From positions 15,030 to 79,029 of the forward strand of contig JZEL01000010.1 of NCBI GenBank assembly GCA_001567365.1: a stretch of DNA of 64,000 nt, read 5' to 3'. Under the pieces are notes generated by a model that searched no databases, was not told where the DNA came from, and saw only the letters and a program-made list of their open reading frames with translations. Positions within the stretch are counted from its first letter, which is position 1; the number at the start of each line of letters is the position of its first letter. This document shows positions 9,984-19,111 of this stretch, one piece after another. Origin of the DNA: Parcubacteria bacterium OLB19 (GTDB lineage Bacteria; Patescibacteriota; Minisyncoccia; Phycocordibacterales; UBA918). Position numbers and translations under genes: made by a program.

Positions 9984-11252
9984 CTATAGTAATTGTTCAC
10001 GCATTTTCTTAGTAAAATTAACTATAGTATGCAAATTGTGAATTGACGCTAGCTGAGGACCTAACATTTCTTTGGCTTTAAATAAATGGGCTAAATAGGC
10101 TTTGGTGTAGGTTTGAGCAATATGACCGTCGCTTAACTCATCTACTTTGGAAAAATCATTTTGGTAGCACTGATTGTTGAGATTTATTTTTTTAAGTACG
10201 GGATAGTTTAGTGTGCCACAGGCAGTGGTTTTGGTTTGTCCAGTCTCAACGTAAATTGTTCCGGTTCTAGCGATACGGGTCGGGTTAACACAATCAAAAG
10301 TGTCGCAACCATTCAGAATTCCCAGCACAATATCTTCCGGTTCACCAATACCAAGGAGGTGACGTGGTTTGTTTTCAGGTAAAACTTCATTAACTACTCT
10401 AAGTGATTCGTTAAGATCATCTTTGGAAAAACTGCCACCAATGCCAAAACCGTCGAAATCCATAGCCGAAAGTACGTTTGCACTTTCAATGCGTAAATCC
10501 AAAAAGCGACCTCCTTGAACTACGCCATATAGACCTTGTTTTTTTAAGGCCTCGTAGTTTTGCTTGTGTGCCATGATACTTCGTTTAGCCCAACGGTGGG
10601 TTCGATCCATGGCTTCCTTTTGGTAAGAATAATCTGCTGTTGGGCTGGTACACTCATCAAAGGCGATAATTATATCAGCTCCGATTGCATGCTGAATTTC
10701 GATAGATCGCTCGGCTGTAAAGCGATGCATAGAACCATCAATATGTGAAGTAAAGGTTACTCCTTCTTCATCAATTATACAAAGTTTTCCATGATTACTA
10801 GCTAGCTCTTGACTGTAAACATTTAGTCCGTGATATTGATTTTGTGTTTCTGGTGAAATATCACCAGTGGCAAATTTAGTCACTCCCTTTCCAAAAGCAG
10901 CCCCTAATGAAAAAACTTGAAAACCACCAGAATCGGTAATGGTTGGCATTTGCCATTCTGCAAATTCATGTAAACCTCCTGCTTTTTTAATAATCTCATG
11001 CCCTGGTTGTAGAAATAAATGATAGGTATTAGCCAAAGTAACCTGATTACCTACATATTTGTGTAAATCATCAGATTTAATACCCTTTACTGTACCTTTA
11101 GTACCAACCACAACGAAAGCTGGTGTTTCGATTTTTCCGTGTGGAGTTTTAATAACACCAGCTCTAGCTAGATTTCTTGGATTTTTCTTTAGGACTTGAA
11201 AAGTTACAGGTTTGCTCATAACAATAAAATCAATGTCGGTAGATACCGACAT
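9984..11252 (-). CDS. tgt: Queuine tRNA-ribosyltransferase (tRNA-guanine transglycosylase)
   Basis: N-terminal ARAGVIKTPHGKIETPAFVVVGT...LANTYHLFLQPG matches Tgt. A C-terminal Zn-site region is present (CYQNDFS...HIAQ). Confidence 0.8.
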   Translation of the reverse strand: MSVSTDIDFIVMSKPVTFQVLKKNPRNLARAGVIKTPHGKIETPAFVVVGTKGTVKGIKSDDLHKYVGNQVTLANTYHLFLQPGHEIIKKAGGLHEFAEWQMPTITDSGGFQVFSLGAAFGKGVTKFATGDISPETQNQYHGLNVYSQELASNHGKLCIIDEEGVTFTSHIDGSMHRFTAERSIEIQHAIGADIIIAFDECTSPTADYSYQKEAMDRTHRWAKRSIMAHKQNYEALKKQGLYGVVQGGRFLDLRIESANVLSAMDFDGFGIGGSFSKDDLNESLRVVNEVLPENKPRHLLGIGEPEDIVLGILNGCDTFDCVNPTRIARTGTIYVETGQTKTTACGTLNYPVLKKINLNNQCYQNDFSKVDELSDGHIAQTYTKAYLAHLFKAKEMLGPQLASIHNLHTIVNFTKKMREQLL

Positions 11253-11267
11253 TGATTACTTCTTATT

Positions 11268-11853
11268 TTATTTAATTTCTAATAGTTCGATGGAAAAAAC
11301 CAAAGTTGAATTTGGAGGAATTGGACCAATTCCCTTCTCTCCATAACCCAATTCCGGCGGAATAACCAAAATTCTTTGTCCGCCAACTTTCATACCAACA
11401 ACTCCCTGTTCCCAACCTTCAATAACCATTCCTTGTCCAACTTTGAATACAAAAGGTTCACCGCGTTTTTTTTGAATTATCAAATTCCTCTCCAGTCTGT
11501 AGGGTACCTGCATAATGAACTACCACAGTGTCGCCACTCTTAACTTCGGCGCCGGTTCCAATTACAATATCGTCTATCACAAGCTTGTTTAAATTACCTT
11601 GAGCATCAGTCGCTTCAAGGAGAGCTTCTTCTCGCTCACTGTTAATATCTTCTCCTTCACCAACAATTACCACTTTAGAATCAAGAACAGCTGCTTTTTG
11701 TGCCTTCTCATTATCCCCTAAAATAGTGGTTTCAATTCTTATTAGGTATAAAGCCAAAGCCATAAAAACTATGCTGAGACCAATACCGACCATCTCAAAT
11801 TTGTTTAACATAACACTATTCTGCCATAATAGCGGTTTCTGTGGAAGTTGCAA
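11268..11853 (-). CDS. FKBP-type peptidyl-prolyl cis-trans isomerase with an N-terminal TM anchor. It is split into two ORFs by a frameshift in a T8/A8 run (11466..11473).
   Basis: The upstream ORF carries the TM plus GDTVVVHYAGTLQTGEEFDNS. The downstream ORF carries PFVFKVGQGMVIEGWEQGVVGMKVGGQRILVIPPELGYG. Together they make one complete FKBP domain. Confidence 0.7.
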
Positions 11854-12907
11854 GTGTTTTTTCTAGAGAGATCTTTCGATTATTTATGCTCTCAAAAAGA
11901 CTCGAGTCGCTTCTTTTTGCAAGTAAATTAAGGAAATTAACACTGTCAGTTTCGGTCATAAAATTTGGTTGTGCCAAATTGTTTTTACTGGAAATTGGCA
12001 AAAATTCTATTGCTAAATTTCCCTCTTTCTCTGTCAGTGCTAATACCAAACCTTCTCGCACTTCTTCACTAAAATATTGATCAAAAACAAAATTACCAAG
12101 TGAATAGAAAACTAGGTTGTCATTAATTCTTTCAATACCTTGTACTACATGAGGATGGTGACCAATGATTAAGTCAGCTCCAACTTCGACTAATTTTTTG
12201 GCATACTCACGTTGGGTATCTGATTGTTTTAAGGAATATTCGGTTCCCCAGTGCATGTAAGCAACTTGCAAATCGCTGTTATCCTCGGCCCAAGCAAAAA
12301 CTTGCTCCAGATCGGTGTCTGTTGGTTCAATAAATAATGTGTGTATACCAACGATGGCTATTTTATGTTTTTCTAATTCAAGAAATGTAACCGAACTGGT
12401 GGCTAGTTGTGTTGGATGACCAAAAGCATTTATTTTATTTTTTTCAAGATTACTAATTGCTTGCAAATAACCTTCCCTACCATAGTCAAAGGAATGATTG
12501 TTGGCTAATGATAAGTGAGTAAAACCAAACTCGCTAAGAGTGTTAATATACTTTGGATTGGTGGAAAATTGAAAATGAAAATTAGGAGTCTTTACGTGTT
12601 TTGGTGCTATGCTGGATTCAAAATTTCCAACTAAATATGAATTTTCAATATTAGGAATTTCAAGGTTTTCAAAAATATAATTCGTTCCGTAGGTGTTGAG
12701 AAGATGTTCAACATGCCTTGCTAGCATCACATCGCCAACAAAATAAATCGTGTCCTTGTATTTTTTTTCAACATCTAATTTTTGCTGAACGGCACTAAAT
12801 TCCCCGTGTTTTATCTCCTTAACGCTACTAAATGAATCAACGTTCAAAAAAGCTAGGGTTAAACTGCTAAGGGAAATTATGCCGACAAACCATAAACTCA
12901 CAGGCAT
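11816..12907 (-). CDS. CapA/PgsA-family metallophosphatase-like protein (poly-gamma-glutamate synthesis family)
   Basis: N-terminal signal/TM. Motifs YFVGDVMLAR, GADLIIGHHPHVVQG and YSLGNFVFDQ are typical of the CapA family. Confidence 0.7.
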   Translation of the reverse strand: MPVSLWFVGIISLSSLTLAFLNVDSFSSVKEIKHGEFSAVQQKLDVEKKYKDTIYFVGDVMLARHVEHLLNTYGTNYIFENLEIPNIENSYLVGNFESSIAPKHVKTPNFHFQFSTNPKYINTLSEFGFTHLSLANNHSFDYGREGYLQAISNLEKNKINAFGHPTQLATSSVTFLELEKHKIAIVGIHTLFIEPTDTDLEQVFAWAEDNSDLQVAYMHWGTEYSLKQSDTQREYAKKLVEVGADLIIGHHPHVVQGIERINDNLVFYSLGNFVFDQYFSEEVREGLVLALTEKEGNLAIEFLPISSKNNLAQPNFMTETDSVNFLNLLAKRSDSSLFESINNRKISLEKTLATSTETAIMAE

Positions 12908-13029
12908 GATAAAGGCTTATTTTAGGGTTACGGGATGGCTATAAAATAGACCTACATCGTATATATACATAGCAAACACCACACCAATGGAAGCTAAGCC
13001 AATGGCTGCCAAAACTATAGATGCATTAT

Positions 13030-13338
13030 TTATCCATGATGAGGTGTTTTGGCGCTTGGCAATTTTTCTCTTGGTAATTCGTCTACTGACACATCTATTC
13101 CTAATAATGCTGAAACTTCATCTGCATTCAATCTTTGGTTAGTTCTAAAAACTTTATGTAAACCCTCTATTCTTGAAACATGTGTTGTATTATTTTCACG
13201 TAAAATCATAATGGCTGTATCTACATCTGAACCCTTAAACGAAGCACTTAAAAGCACGGATCTAATTTCTTCCTCTGGAGAGGAAAGGTCAACCCCGTTA
13301 ACTCTCAATATCATTTCAATTTGCTTTTTTTGCAACAT
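13030..13338 (-). CDS. Hypothetical protein, 102 aa
   Basis: Clean ORF in the co-directional gene array. No recognisable motif. Confidence 0.4.
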   Translation of the reverse strand: MLQKKQIEMILRVNGVDLSSPEEEIRSVLLSASFKGSDVDTAIMILRENNTTHVSRIEGLHKVFRTNQRLNADEVSALLGIDVSVDELPREKLPSAKTPHHG

Positions 13339-13347
13339 GTTATTTTT

Positions 13348-14385
13348 TTAGCTTTTCTGTTGTCTTTTTACTATATACTGATCGTAAATTTCTAGCAAAA
13401 CGATAAAAAGCGTTACAATGACAGGACCAACAATGAAACCGATTGGTCCAAAAAGTGAAATACCGCCAAGAACTGACAACAATATTAGAAAAGGATGCAT
13501 GTTATGACCTCGACTCATTAGGTGTGGACCTAACATATTATCAATAAGTATAACTATAAGTAGCGCCCATACCGCCAAACCAGCAGCATTTACAACATCC
13601 CCAGTCACTGCTAGATAGATTATAGCTGGTACCATAATAGCGATAGTGCCAACACCAGGTATCATAGATAGAATTGCAGCTACAGCCCCCCATAAGACCG
13701 CTCGCTCGATGCCAAATATAGTAAAGCCAATAGCAGCTAAAATACCCTGAATTAGAGATACTAGAACAACACCCATCGTGACTCCACGTACAGCTTTAGC
13801 TAGACGTGAAAGTATAATTTGGTCTTCTTTGTCGGGTAAGGGACTGATTTTTGTAATAAATCCTAGAAGCTCCTTACCATCCCTGAAAAAATAAAAAGCA
13901 CCAATAAGAGCAATGAAGATTAAAAAGATAGTTGAGATCGTACCGGCAAAAATCGAACCTAGATTGAAAACAAACCATTCGGCGCTTTGTTTAAGTTGTT
14001 CGGTCAAATTTAATTCAAATTCTGGTACGTAAACCCTTATCGTGTTTTCAATCGTATTAATATGTTGTTCGATTGATAAATCCTGTCCATTGCCAAGAGT
14101 TTGATAGAAGCTTACAAGTTCTCGAACAAAAATCGTGGAAATAAAAACTAGAGGAATAATACCTACTAAAACCACAATTAAAGTGGTTAAAGCAGAAGCT
14201 AGTGACTTGTTATTTCTGTACACATAACGTTGGATAATTTCATATAGCGGATAACAAATAGTTACAATAATAACCGCTAGTGCTAAGGCTGAAATAAAGG
14301 GTGAGAAAACTTGCCACAACAAATAACCAGATCCAGCCAAGATCAAAAAGAAAAAGACATACTCAATCACCCTACCGATTGACAT
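13348..14385 (-). CDS. AI-2E family transporter (UPF0118/PerM-like permease)
   Basis: 345 aa with about 8 TM segments. The conserved C-terminal half reads LAKAVRGVTMGVVLVSLIQGILAAIGF...MIPGVGTIAIMVPAIIYLAVTGD. Confidence 0.75.
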   Translation of the reverse strand: MSIGRVIEYVFFFLILAGSGYLLWQVFSPFISALALAVIIVTICYPLYEIIQRYVYRNNKSLASALTTLIVVLVGIIPLVFISTIFVRELVSFYQTLGNGQDLSIEQHINTIENTIRVYVPEFELNLTEQLKQSAEWFVFNLGSIFAGTISTIFLIFIALIGAFYFFRDGKELLGFITKISPLPDKEDQIILSRLAKAVRGVTMGVVLVSLIQGILAAIGFTIFGIERAVLWGAVAAILSMIPGVGTIAIMVPAIIYLAVTGDVVNAAGLAVWALLIVILIDNMLGPHLMSRGHNMHPFLILLSVLGGISLFGPIGFIVGPVIVTLFIVLLEIYDQYIVKRQQKS

Positions 14386-14443
14386 ACTATTAACTATAAC
14401 ATCTAAAAAATGAAAATCTAGATGTATACCCAGTTTTATCTAA

Positions 14444-15710
14444 TTAGATTTGTCCGCGCAGACTCATGGCTTCAGCAATGCGTTTAACACCGATTTTATA
14501 AGCTGCTTCTCGATAAGTTTCGGTGTGTAACTTTTGCTCATGGATGGTTTTAAATGCGTCTAGCATCTTATCCTTTAATCTGTTAATGACTGTTTCATTA
14601 TCCCAGTACCATTGTTGTTTATTTTGTACCCATTCAAAATAAGAAACAACTACACCTCCGGCATTAACCAAAACATCCGGTATTATGTCTACACTCTTTC
14701 CGGTTAGAATATTCTCAGCCTCATGACTAACTGGATTATTAGCTAATTCTAAGATTGCAAAGGCTTTTATTTTATCAGCATTTTGACTGTTGATGACATT
14801 ATCGAGCGCAGCTGGTATTAAAATATCTACGTCAGTGAACAAAACTGCGTTTGAATCATTTGCAATCGTCAGATGTTCTTGTTTATTTTCGGTAGCGAAT
14901 TCCAACAAGGATTTATTAGCTGATTTAGCTTCAATTAGTGGTTCTGGATCGATACCTTTATAATTTGTTAATGTAGCACTACTATCAGAAACTGAAACAA
15001 TATTTGCTCCTCGAGCATGTAGTAATTTTGCTACTGTTGCCCCAGCATTACCAAACCCCTGAATGGCAATTTTTTAAACCTGAGAGTGATCGACCAGTGG
15101 TTTCAATATATTGCTCTAATACAAAAACCGCACCTTGGGCTGTGGCGATATCGCGTCCCTTACTACCACCGATACTAATTGGTTTTCCGGTGATTATACC
15201 CGGAGAACTAACACCAGTGATCTGTTCGTATTCATCAAGCATCCAGGCCATAGTTTTTGAGTTGGTATAAACATCTGGAGCTGGTATATCAACATCAACA
15301 CCGATATAAGGAAGAAAAGTTTTGATATAGGCACGCGAAACCTTCTCTAGGTCAGTATCATCGTACTTTTTAGCATCTATAACCACACCACCTTTGGCAC
15401 CACCAAAAGGTATATCAACGACGGCACACTTAATAGCCATAGTAGCAGCTAGAGCACTAACTTCTGATTCATCAGCTTTAGGATGAAAACGAATACCGCC
15501 CTTGAATGGACCTCTTGCATTATTAAACTGAACTCGATAAGCATTAAAAACCTCTTCACCAAATTTGGTGGAAACTTTTAAATTATGATTACGTACATAC
15601 TGTGGCTTAAGTAATTTTTCAATTTTATCATCACTCAATCCTAAGTTTTCCGCAGTTTTAATTATATGTTTTTTAACTTCAGAGAATGGGTCGTGATTCG
15701 TGTTTTCCAT
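14444..15710 (-). CDS. Glutamate (Glu/Leu/Phe/Val) dehydrogenase, interrupted by a 1-nt frameshift in a T6/A6 run (15070..15075)
   Basis: N-terminal domain: GGIRFHPKADESEVSALAATMAIKCAVVDIPFGGAKGG. The NAD-binding GFGNAG motif is restored exactly (LSGLKKIAIQGFGNAG) if the A6 run is read as A7. The C-terminal domain continues in ORF 14444..14908. Confidence 0.75.
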
Positions 15711-15721
15711 ACTGTAACTGT

Positions 15722-16279
15722 TTAATTATTTAATAATTCATCAATCCTACCCCCTACTATTTCCTCCTTAAAAGTTCCATGAATGTGTTCAATAATATTT
15801 CCTGTCTTATCATAAATTATGGTTTCAGGCATAGCATATCCACCAACGCTAGTGTAGAAATGATCATCGACATCGATAACAACCTCTATAGATGTCAATT
15901 CTGGCAAAGTGTTAACGAAACGTTGCGCTTGATCTTTTGACTCTTTTCTATTAATAGCTAAAAACACTACTTCGTTTGTATTATATTTTTCAGCTAATTT
16001 CTGTAATGAGGTCAATTCTGTAACTGAAAATGGAGACCAGCTAGCCCATGAATTGACCACCATGATTCTACCTAAATATTGCTCGAGTGAAACCTTGTTG
16101 CCTGCCAAATCAGTATAGTAAGTAGAATCATCTTCCTTATCGGAAAAAATTTCTCTGGTTGATTCGTTAACAAATGTGTGTTTATCAAAAATAATTTTCA
16201 GTGTTAAACCCGCCATCGTTATTAATATTACTGACAGAAATAGCAAAATTTTATAATTTTCTCTAAGTGTTGATTTCAT
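15722..16279 (-). CDS. TlpA/ResA-like thioredoxin-fold protein with an N-terminal TM. The CxxC active site is replaced by SxxS.
   Basis: VVNSWASWSPFS occupies the position where ResA/TlpA has WASWCxPC. The rest of the fold is conserved (AINRKESKDQAQRF...). Confidence 0.6.
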   Translation of the reverse strand: MKSTLRENYKILLFLSVILITMAGLTLKIIFDKHTFVNESTREIFSDKEDDSTYYTDLAGNKVSLEQYLGRIMVVNSWASWSPFSVTELTSLQKLAEKYNTNEVVFLAINRKESKDQAQRFVNTLPELTSIEVVIDVDDHFYTSVGGYAMPETIIYDKTGNIIEHIHGTFKEEIVGGRIDELLNN

Positions 16280-16281
16280 AA

Positions 16282-16401
16282 TTACTTAATTTGAAGGTTT
16301 TGACTTTTTATTTCCCCCGTTTTTAAATGAGTATAATAAATCATTCCAGCTACTAGTAGTGTAATGAGAAGAATAGCGGTCAGTATAGAGTGTTTGTTCA
16401 T
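16282..16401 (-). CDS. Candidate small membrane peptide of 39 aa: MNKHSILTAILLITLLVAGMIYYTHLKTGEIKSQNLQIK
   Basis: Unannotated ATG-initiated ORF filling the 16280..16424 gap. It has a single TM helix, and its stop lies 2 nt before the start of the TlpA-like gene. Confidence 0.3.
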   Translation of the reverse strand: MNKHSILTAILLITLLVAGMIYYTHLKTGEIKSQNLQIK

Positions 16402-16424
16402 ACCTTATTGGTTACATTATATAA

Positions 16425-18110
16425 CTACTCAGTAACAATATCACTGCCTAGGTAGATGATAATTGGTTCTTCCATCTTATCTTCATTTGTACCATCATTA
16501 AGGGAAATCAAAGCGTTACTTAGGTCAGCACTAATTTTTAAGGCATCAGTATCGTAATCTTCTTGATAGATAATAACTGTTCGCTTTTGTGTTGAAGTAA
16601 AATCTGCTTCCAGTTCGCTAACTTTGTAACCAGCTTTTTCTAATTTTAATTTAACTTCAGCTCCAACTCCAGGTATGCCACTACGATTTACTAAGGCAAT
16701 ATTCAGACTAGCGGTGGTTGAAGAGATATCGTTATTAGTATCTGTTTTTATAAGGTCTTCTTCAGCTGAATTTTTTAACTCATTGTAAATAATCTCCTCG
16801 GAATTGACACTCACTTTACTATCACTATTTATATATGTAACTTCGAAGGCTCGGTGTGAAGTGTTGGCATTTGTAACGTACCAAACAATTACAATCATAA
16901 AGGCAATTATCAAAATTATACCTAGGAAGAATAAGCGATTCTTTACACTAAAATTCCAAGCTGTTTTCAAGTATTCCGCATAACTCCTAGATGTAGATAG
17001 TTGCTCTTTTAGATCTAGAATACCAACCTTCACAGGAGTATGGAACTTGATGCCACTTTTATTTAAATATTTAGAGGTTAATTTCTTTTCTTTTGCTTTC
17101 AGAGCTTGATAATCAGCTATATCAAGACCAGCCATGGTTAGCATTTTTCTGACGTACAATCGAATTAACCACGTTACTAGAAAACCAAAGATAATTAGAC
17201 CAAACAATACTCCAAATACCAATTTGAAGGGAATAACCCAAAAGGTGGTTTTAGCACTAGTAAATTGTCTATTATCTGTACCGTAACCCAAGGCCACAGT
17301 GGCTGTATAACGGCCAATATCGGCTATAGACCATTCCCCTTTCCAAGTAAAAGTAAATTTTCTAATACCGTCGCTACCACCGGTTTTTTGAGGCACCTTT
17401 CCATATTGTGAATTCTGGTTTATAGGAATAATACCTCGTTCCTCACCCCACATATTTGTAATTTTTATTTCACCCTGTGGTTGCAAAAAAACATTCCCCT
17501 TGTTTTCGAATCTTAATTCAAAAGTGGCTTCAGGTCTACTAAGAAGTGTTTCAGTGGTTCTAAATTCACGTATGTCTCCTAACTCAATAATATCACCAGC
17601 AATTCTGGTGAAAATGAGCGATGTAACCATTTGTGAAGTTTGAACTTTAGTTTGTTTTTTATCGTCTTGAAGTGGTTTGGTACCAATTAAAATAGCTGCG
17701 TAATGACCACCTGGACTAGCGTCATCGGGTACTTTTATTGAAAATGGTACTTCGACCGTTTTTTCACTAGGAATAATTATTGGTTCGCTCGTGATAGTAA
17801 TCCATTCCGCTAATGTTGAGTTGTCACCATTTTCTGAATCGATTGGAACAAAGCCTACTTCACCACCCTCCCCTCTGGGTACAAAATTAACGACACTAGC
17901 GTAGACTGTAAGATCATAATTATTTACATTGATTACCTTAACATTACTCTGCCAAGCCTGTCCTTTCTCTGCGGACATATCAAACAAAGTCGGAGAAACA
18001 CTTAATGTTAATGATTCTTGGGCAAATATCAGATTCGGGGCAAAGAAAAATAGAAAAGAAGCAATGACAACGGAGAAATTACGTATCATTTTTCTTGAGA
18101 TTAATATCAT
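16425..18110 (-). CDS. Membrane protein with an extracytoplasmic DUF916/CscA-like beta-sandwich domain, a TM pair and a C-terminal LytR_C (LytR/CpsA/Psr C-terminal) domain
   Basis: Signal peptide is MIRNFSVVIASFLFFFAPNLIFAQE. Its N-domain is paralogous to 18079..19101 and 34003..34999 (EWITITSEPIIIPSEKTVEVPFSIKVPDDASPGGHYAAILIG). The C-terminus LNIALVNRSGIPGVGAEVKLKLEKAGYKV...RTVIIY...IIIYLGSD fits LytR_C. The start is placed at an internal Met (18110) to avoid a 107-nt overlap with the upstream gene. Confidence 0.5.
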   Translation of the reverse strand: MILISRKMIRNFSVVIASFLFFFAPNLIFAQESLTLSVSPTLFDMSAEKGQAWQSNVKVINVNNYDLTVYASVVNFVPRGEGGEVGFVPIDSENGDNSTLAEWITITSEPIIIPSEKTVEVPFSIKVPDDASPGGHYAAILIGTKPLQDDKKQTKVQTSQMVTSLIFTRIAGDIIELGDIREFRTTETLLSRPEATFELRFENKGNVFLQPQGEIKITNMWGEERGIIPINQNSQYGKVPQKTGGSDGIRKFTFTWKGEWSIADIGRYTATVALGYGTDNRQFTSAKTTFWVIPFKLVFGVLFGLIIFGFLVTWLIRLYVRKMLTMAGLDIADYQALKAKEKKLTSKYLNKSGIKFHTPVKVGILDLKEQLSTSRSYAEYLKTAWNFSVKNRLFFLGIILIIAFMIVIVWYVTNANTSHRAFEVTYINSDSKVSVNSEEIIYNELKNSAEEDLIKTDTNNDISSTTASLNIALVNRSGIPGVGAEVKLKLEKAGYKVSELEADFTSTQKRTVIIYQEDYDTDALKISADLSNALISLNDGTNEDKMEEPIIIYLGSDIVTE

Positions 18111-19101
18111 GTTCATACTCCTCGTGTTCATGGTGTTTTCTGACAAAAAGTGGGACTTCGACCGCTTCATCACTAGTGGAAGCATAATAATTATTTGGTT
18201 TGATAAGCCTTCGCAGAGCTAGAGTCAGCAAAAGCGGAATAATTATTAATACCGTTAATATTACAATTAAATGAAGTTTAGGTATAGAGTAGTAAAAGTT
18301 TATATCATATAAACTGGCTAAATTCTCATTTCCGTAGGTTAATGACAAATAGGCTTTATTTTTACCAAAACGATCTATTTCAGGTATAGGTGCAGAAAAC
18401 TCAACTTTTTCGTTAGGTCCGATACTTTTATTTTCCTTATTAACCTGAACAGAGGTGAGTTCATTTCCTCGTGAGTCATAGATAATAATCTCACCAGATG
18501 GTGTTTGTGGTAGTTCACCAAGATTCTCAAGTGTGAATGTAAAATTAGAGTCAGTATTTTCTAACACCAAAGGTTTTGCTTTGAAACCGTTTAATCTAAG
18601 TAATTCCACTTGCTTATCATTAATTGATACTCTAATTATCACGCCAGCAGCTTGATTTTCCATCACCTTCTTTTCAGCTTCATCTTGATTTGGTCCAATA
18701 CCGAAGCCAATATATGCGTGATACTCACCTGATTTAGCATTGGGATTAATCCTAATTGTTAGAGGCAGAACTTTCTCTTCACCTGGTTGCAAATCAATTC
18801 GAGCGCGAGAAATTTCAATCCAACTGGTTATAGACTCAGTTCTGTCACTCATAGAAGCTGGAACAAAAGCCTTAATTTCATTGTTTCCATCAAGTTCAAT
18901 CTCATGCACCGAGGCATAAGCTCGCAAATGAGTGGAGTGATTGTTTTTAATAGTTATACTATCGCTCAAGATGTCGCGGGCTTCAGTAGTGTGATCAATA
19001 ATGAGTGGGGTTACAGATACTGATCCAGCATAGGAAAAACTAAAACCAGACAGAAATATCGTTAATGTAATTAGAAAATGTTTACTGAAAGTTTTTAACA
19101 T
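18079..19101 (-). CDS. DUF916/DUF3324 (CscA)-like cell-surface protein: signal peptide, two beta-rich domains, a C-terminal TM and a short basic tail
   Basis: 340 aa. SWIEISRARIDLQPGEEKVLPLTIRINPNAKSGEYHAYIGFG. C-terminal TM is LHLIVILTVLIIIPLLLTLALRRLIK. The architecture matches CscA of Gram-positive WxL loci; this is inferred from pattern, not from a search. Confidence 0.45.
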   Translation of the reverse strand: MLKTFSKHFLITLTIFLSGFSFSYAGSVSVTPLIIDHTTEARDILSDSITIKNNHSTHLRAYASVHEIELDGNNEIKAFVPASMSDRTESITSWIEISRARIDLQPGEEKVLPLTIRINPNAKSGEYHAYIGFGIGPNQDEAEKKVMENQAAGVIIRVSINDKQVELLRLNGFKAKPLVLENTDSNFTFTLENLGELPQTPSGEIIIYDSRGNELTSVQVNKENKSIGPNEKVEFSAPIPEIDRFGKNKAYLSLTYGNENLASLYDINFYYSIPKLHLIVILTVLIIIPLLLTLALRRLIKPNNYYASTSDEAVEVPLFVRKHHEHEEYEHDINLKKNDT

Positions 19102-19111
19102 AACACTGTAC

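Noticed and set aside
12917-13012. ~31-aa hydrophobic ORF (LAAIGLASIGVVFAMYIYDVGLFYSHPVTLK) in the gap between 13030..13338 and the CapA-like gene
   Set aside because: It would need a TTG start, has no upstream ATG, and its frame is simply the open continuation of an alternative frame of the upstream gene. The evidence is too weak to call.
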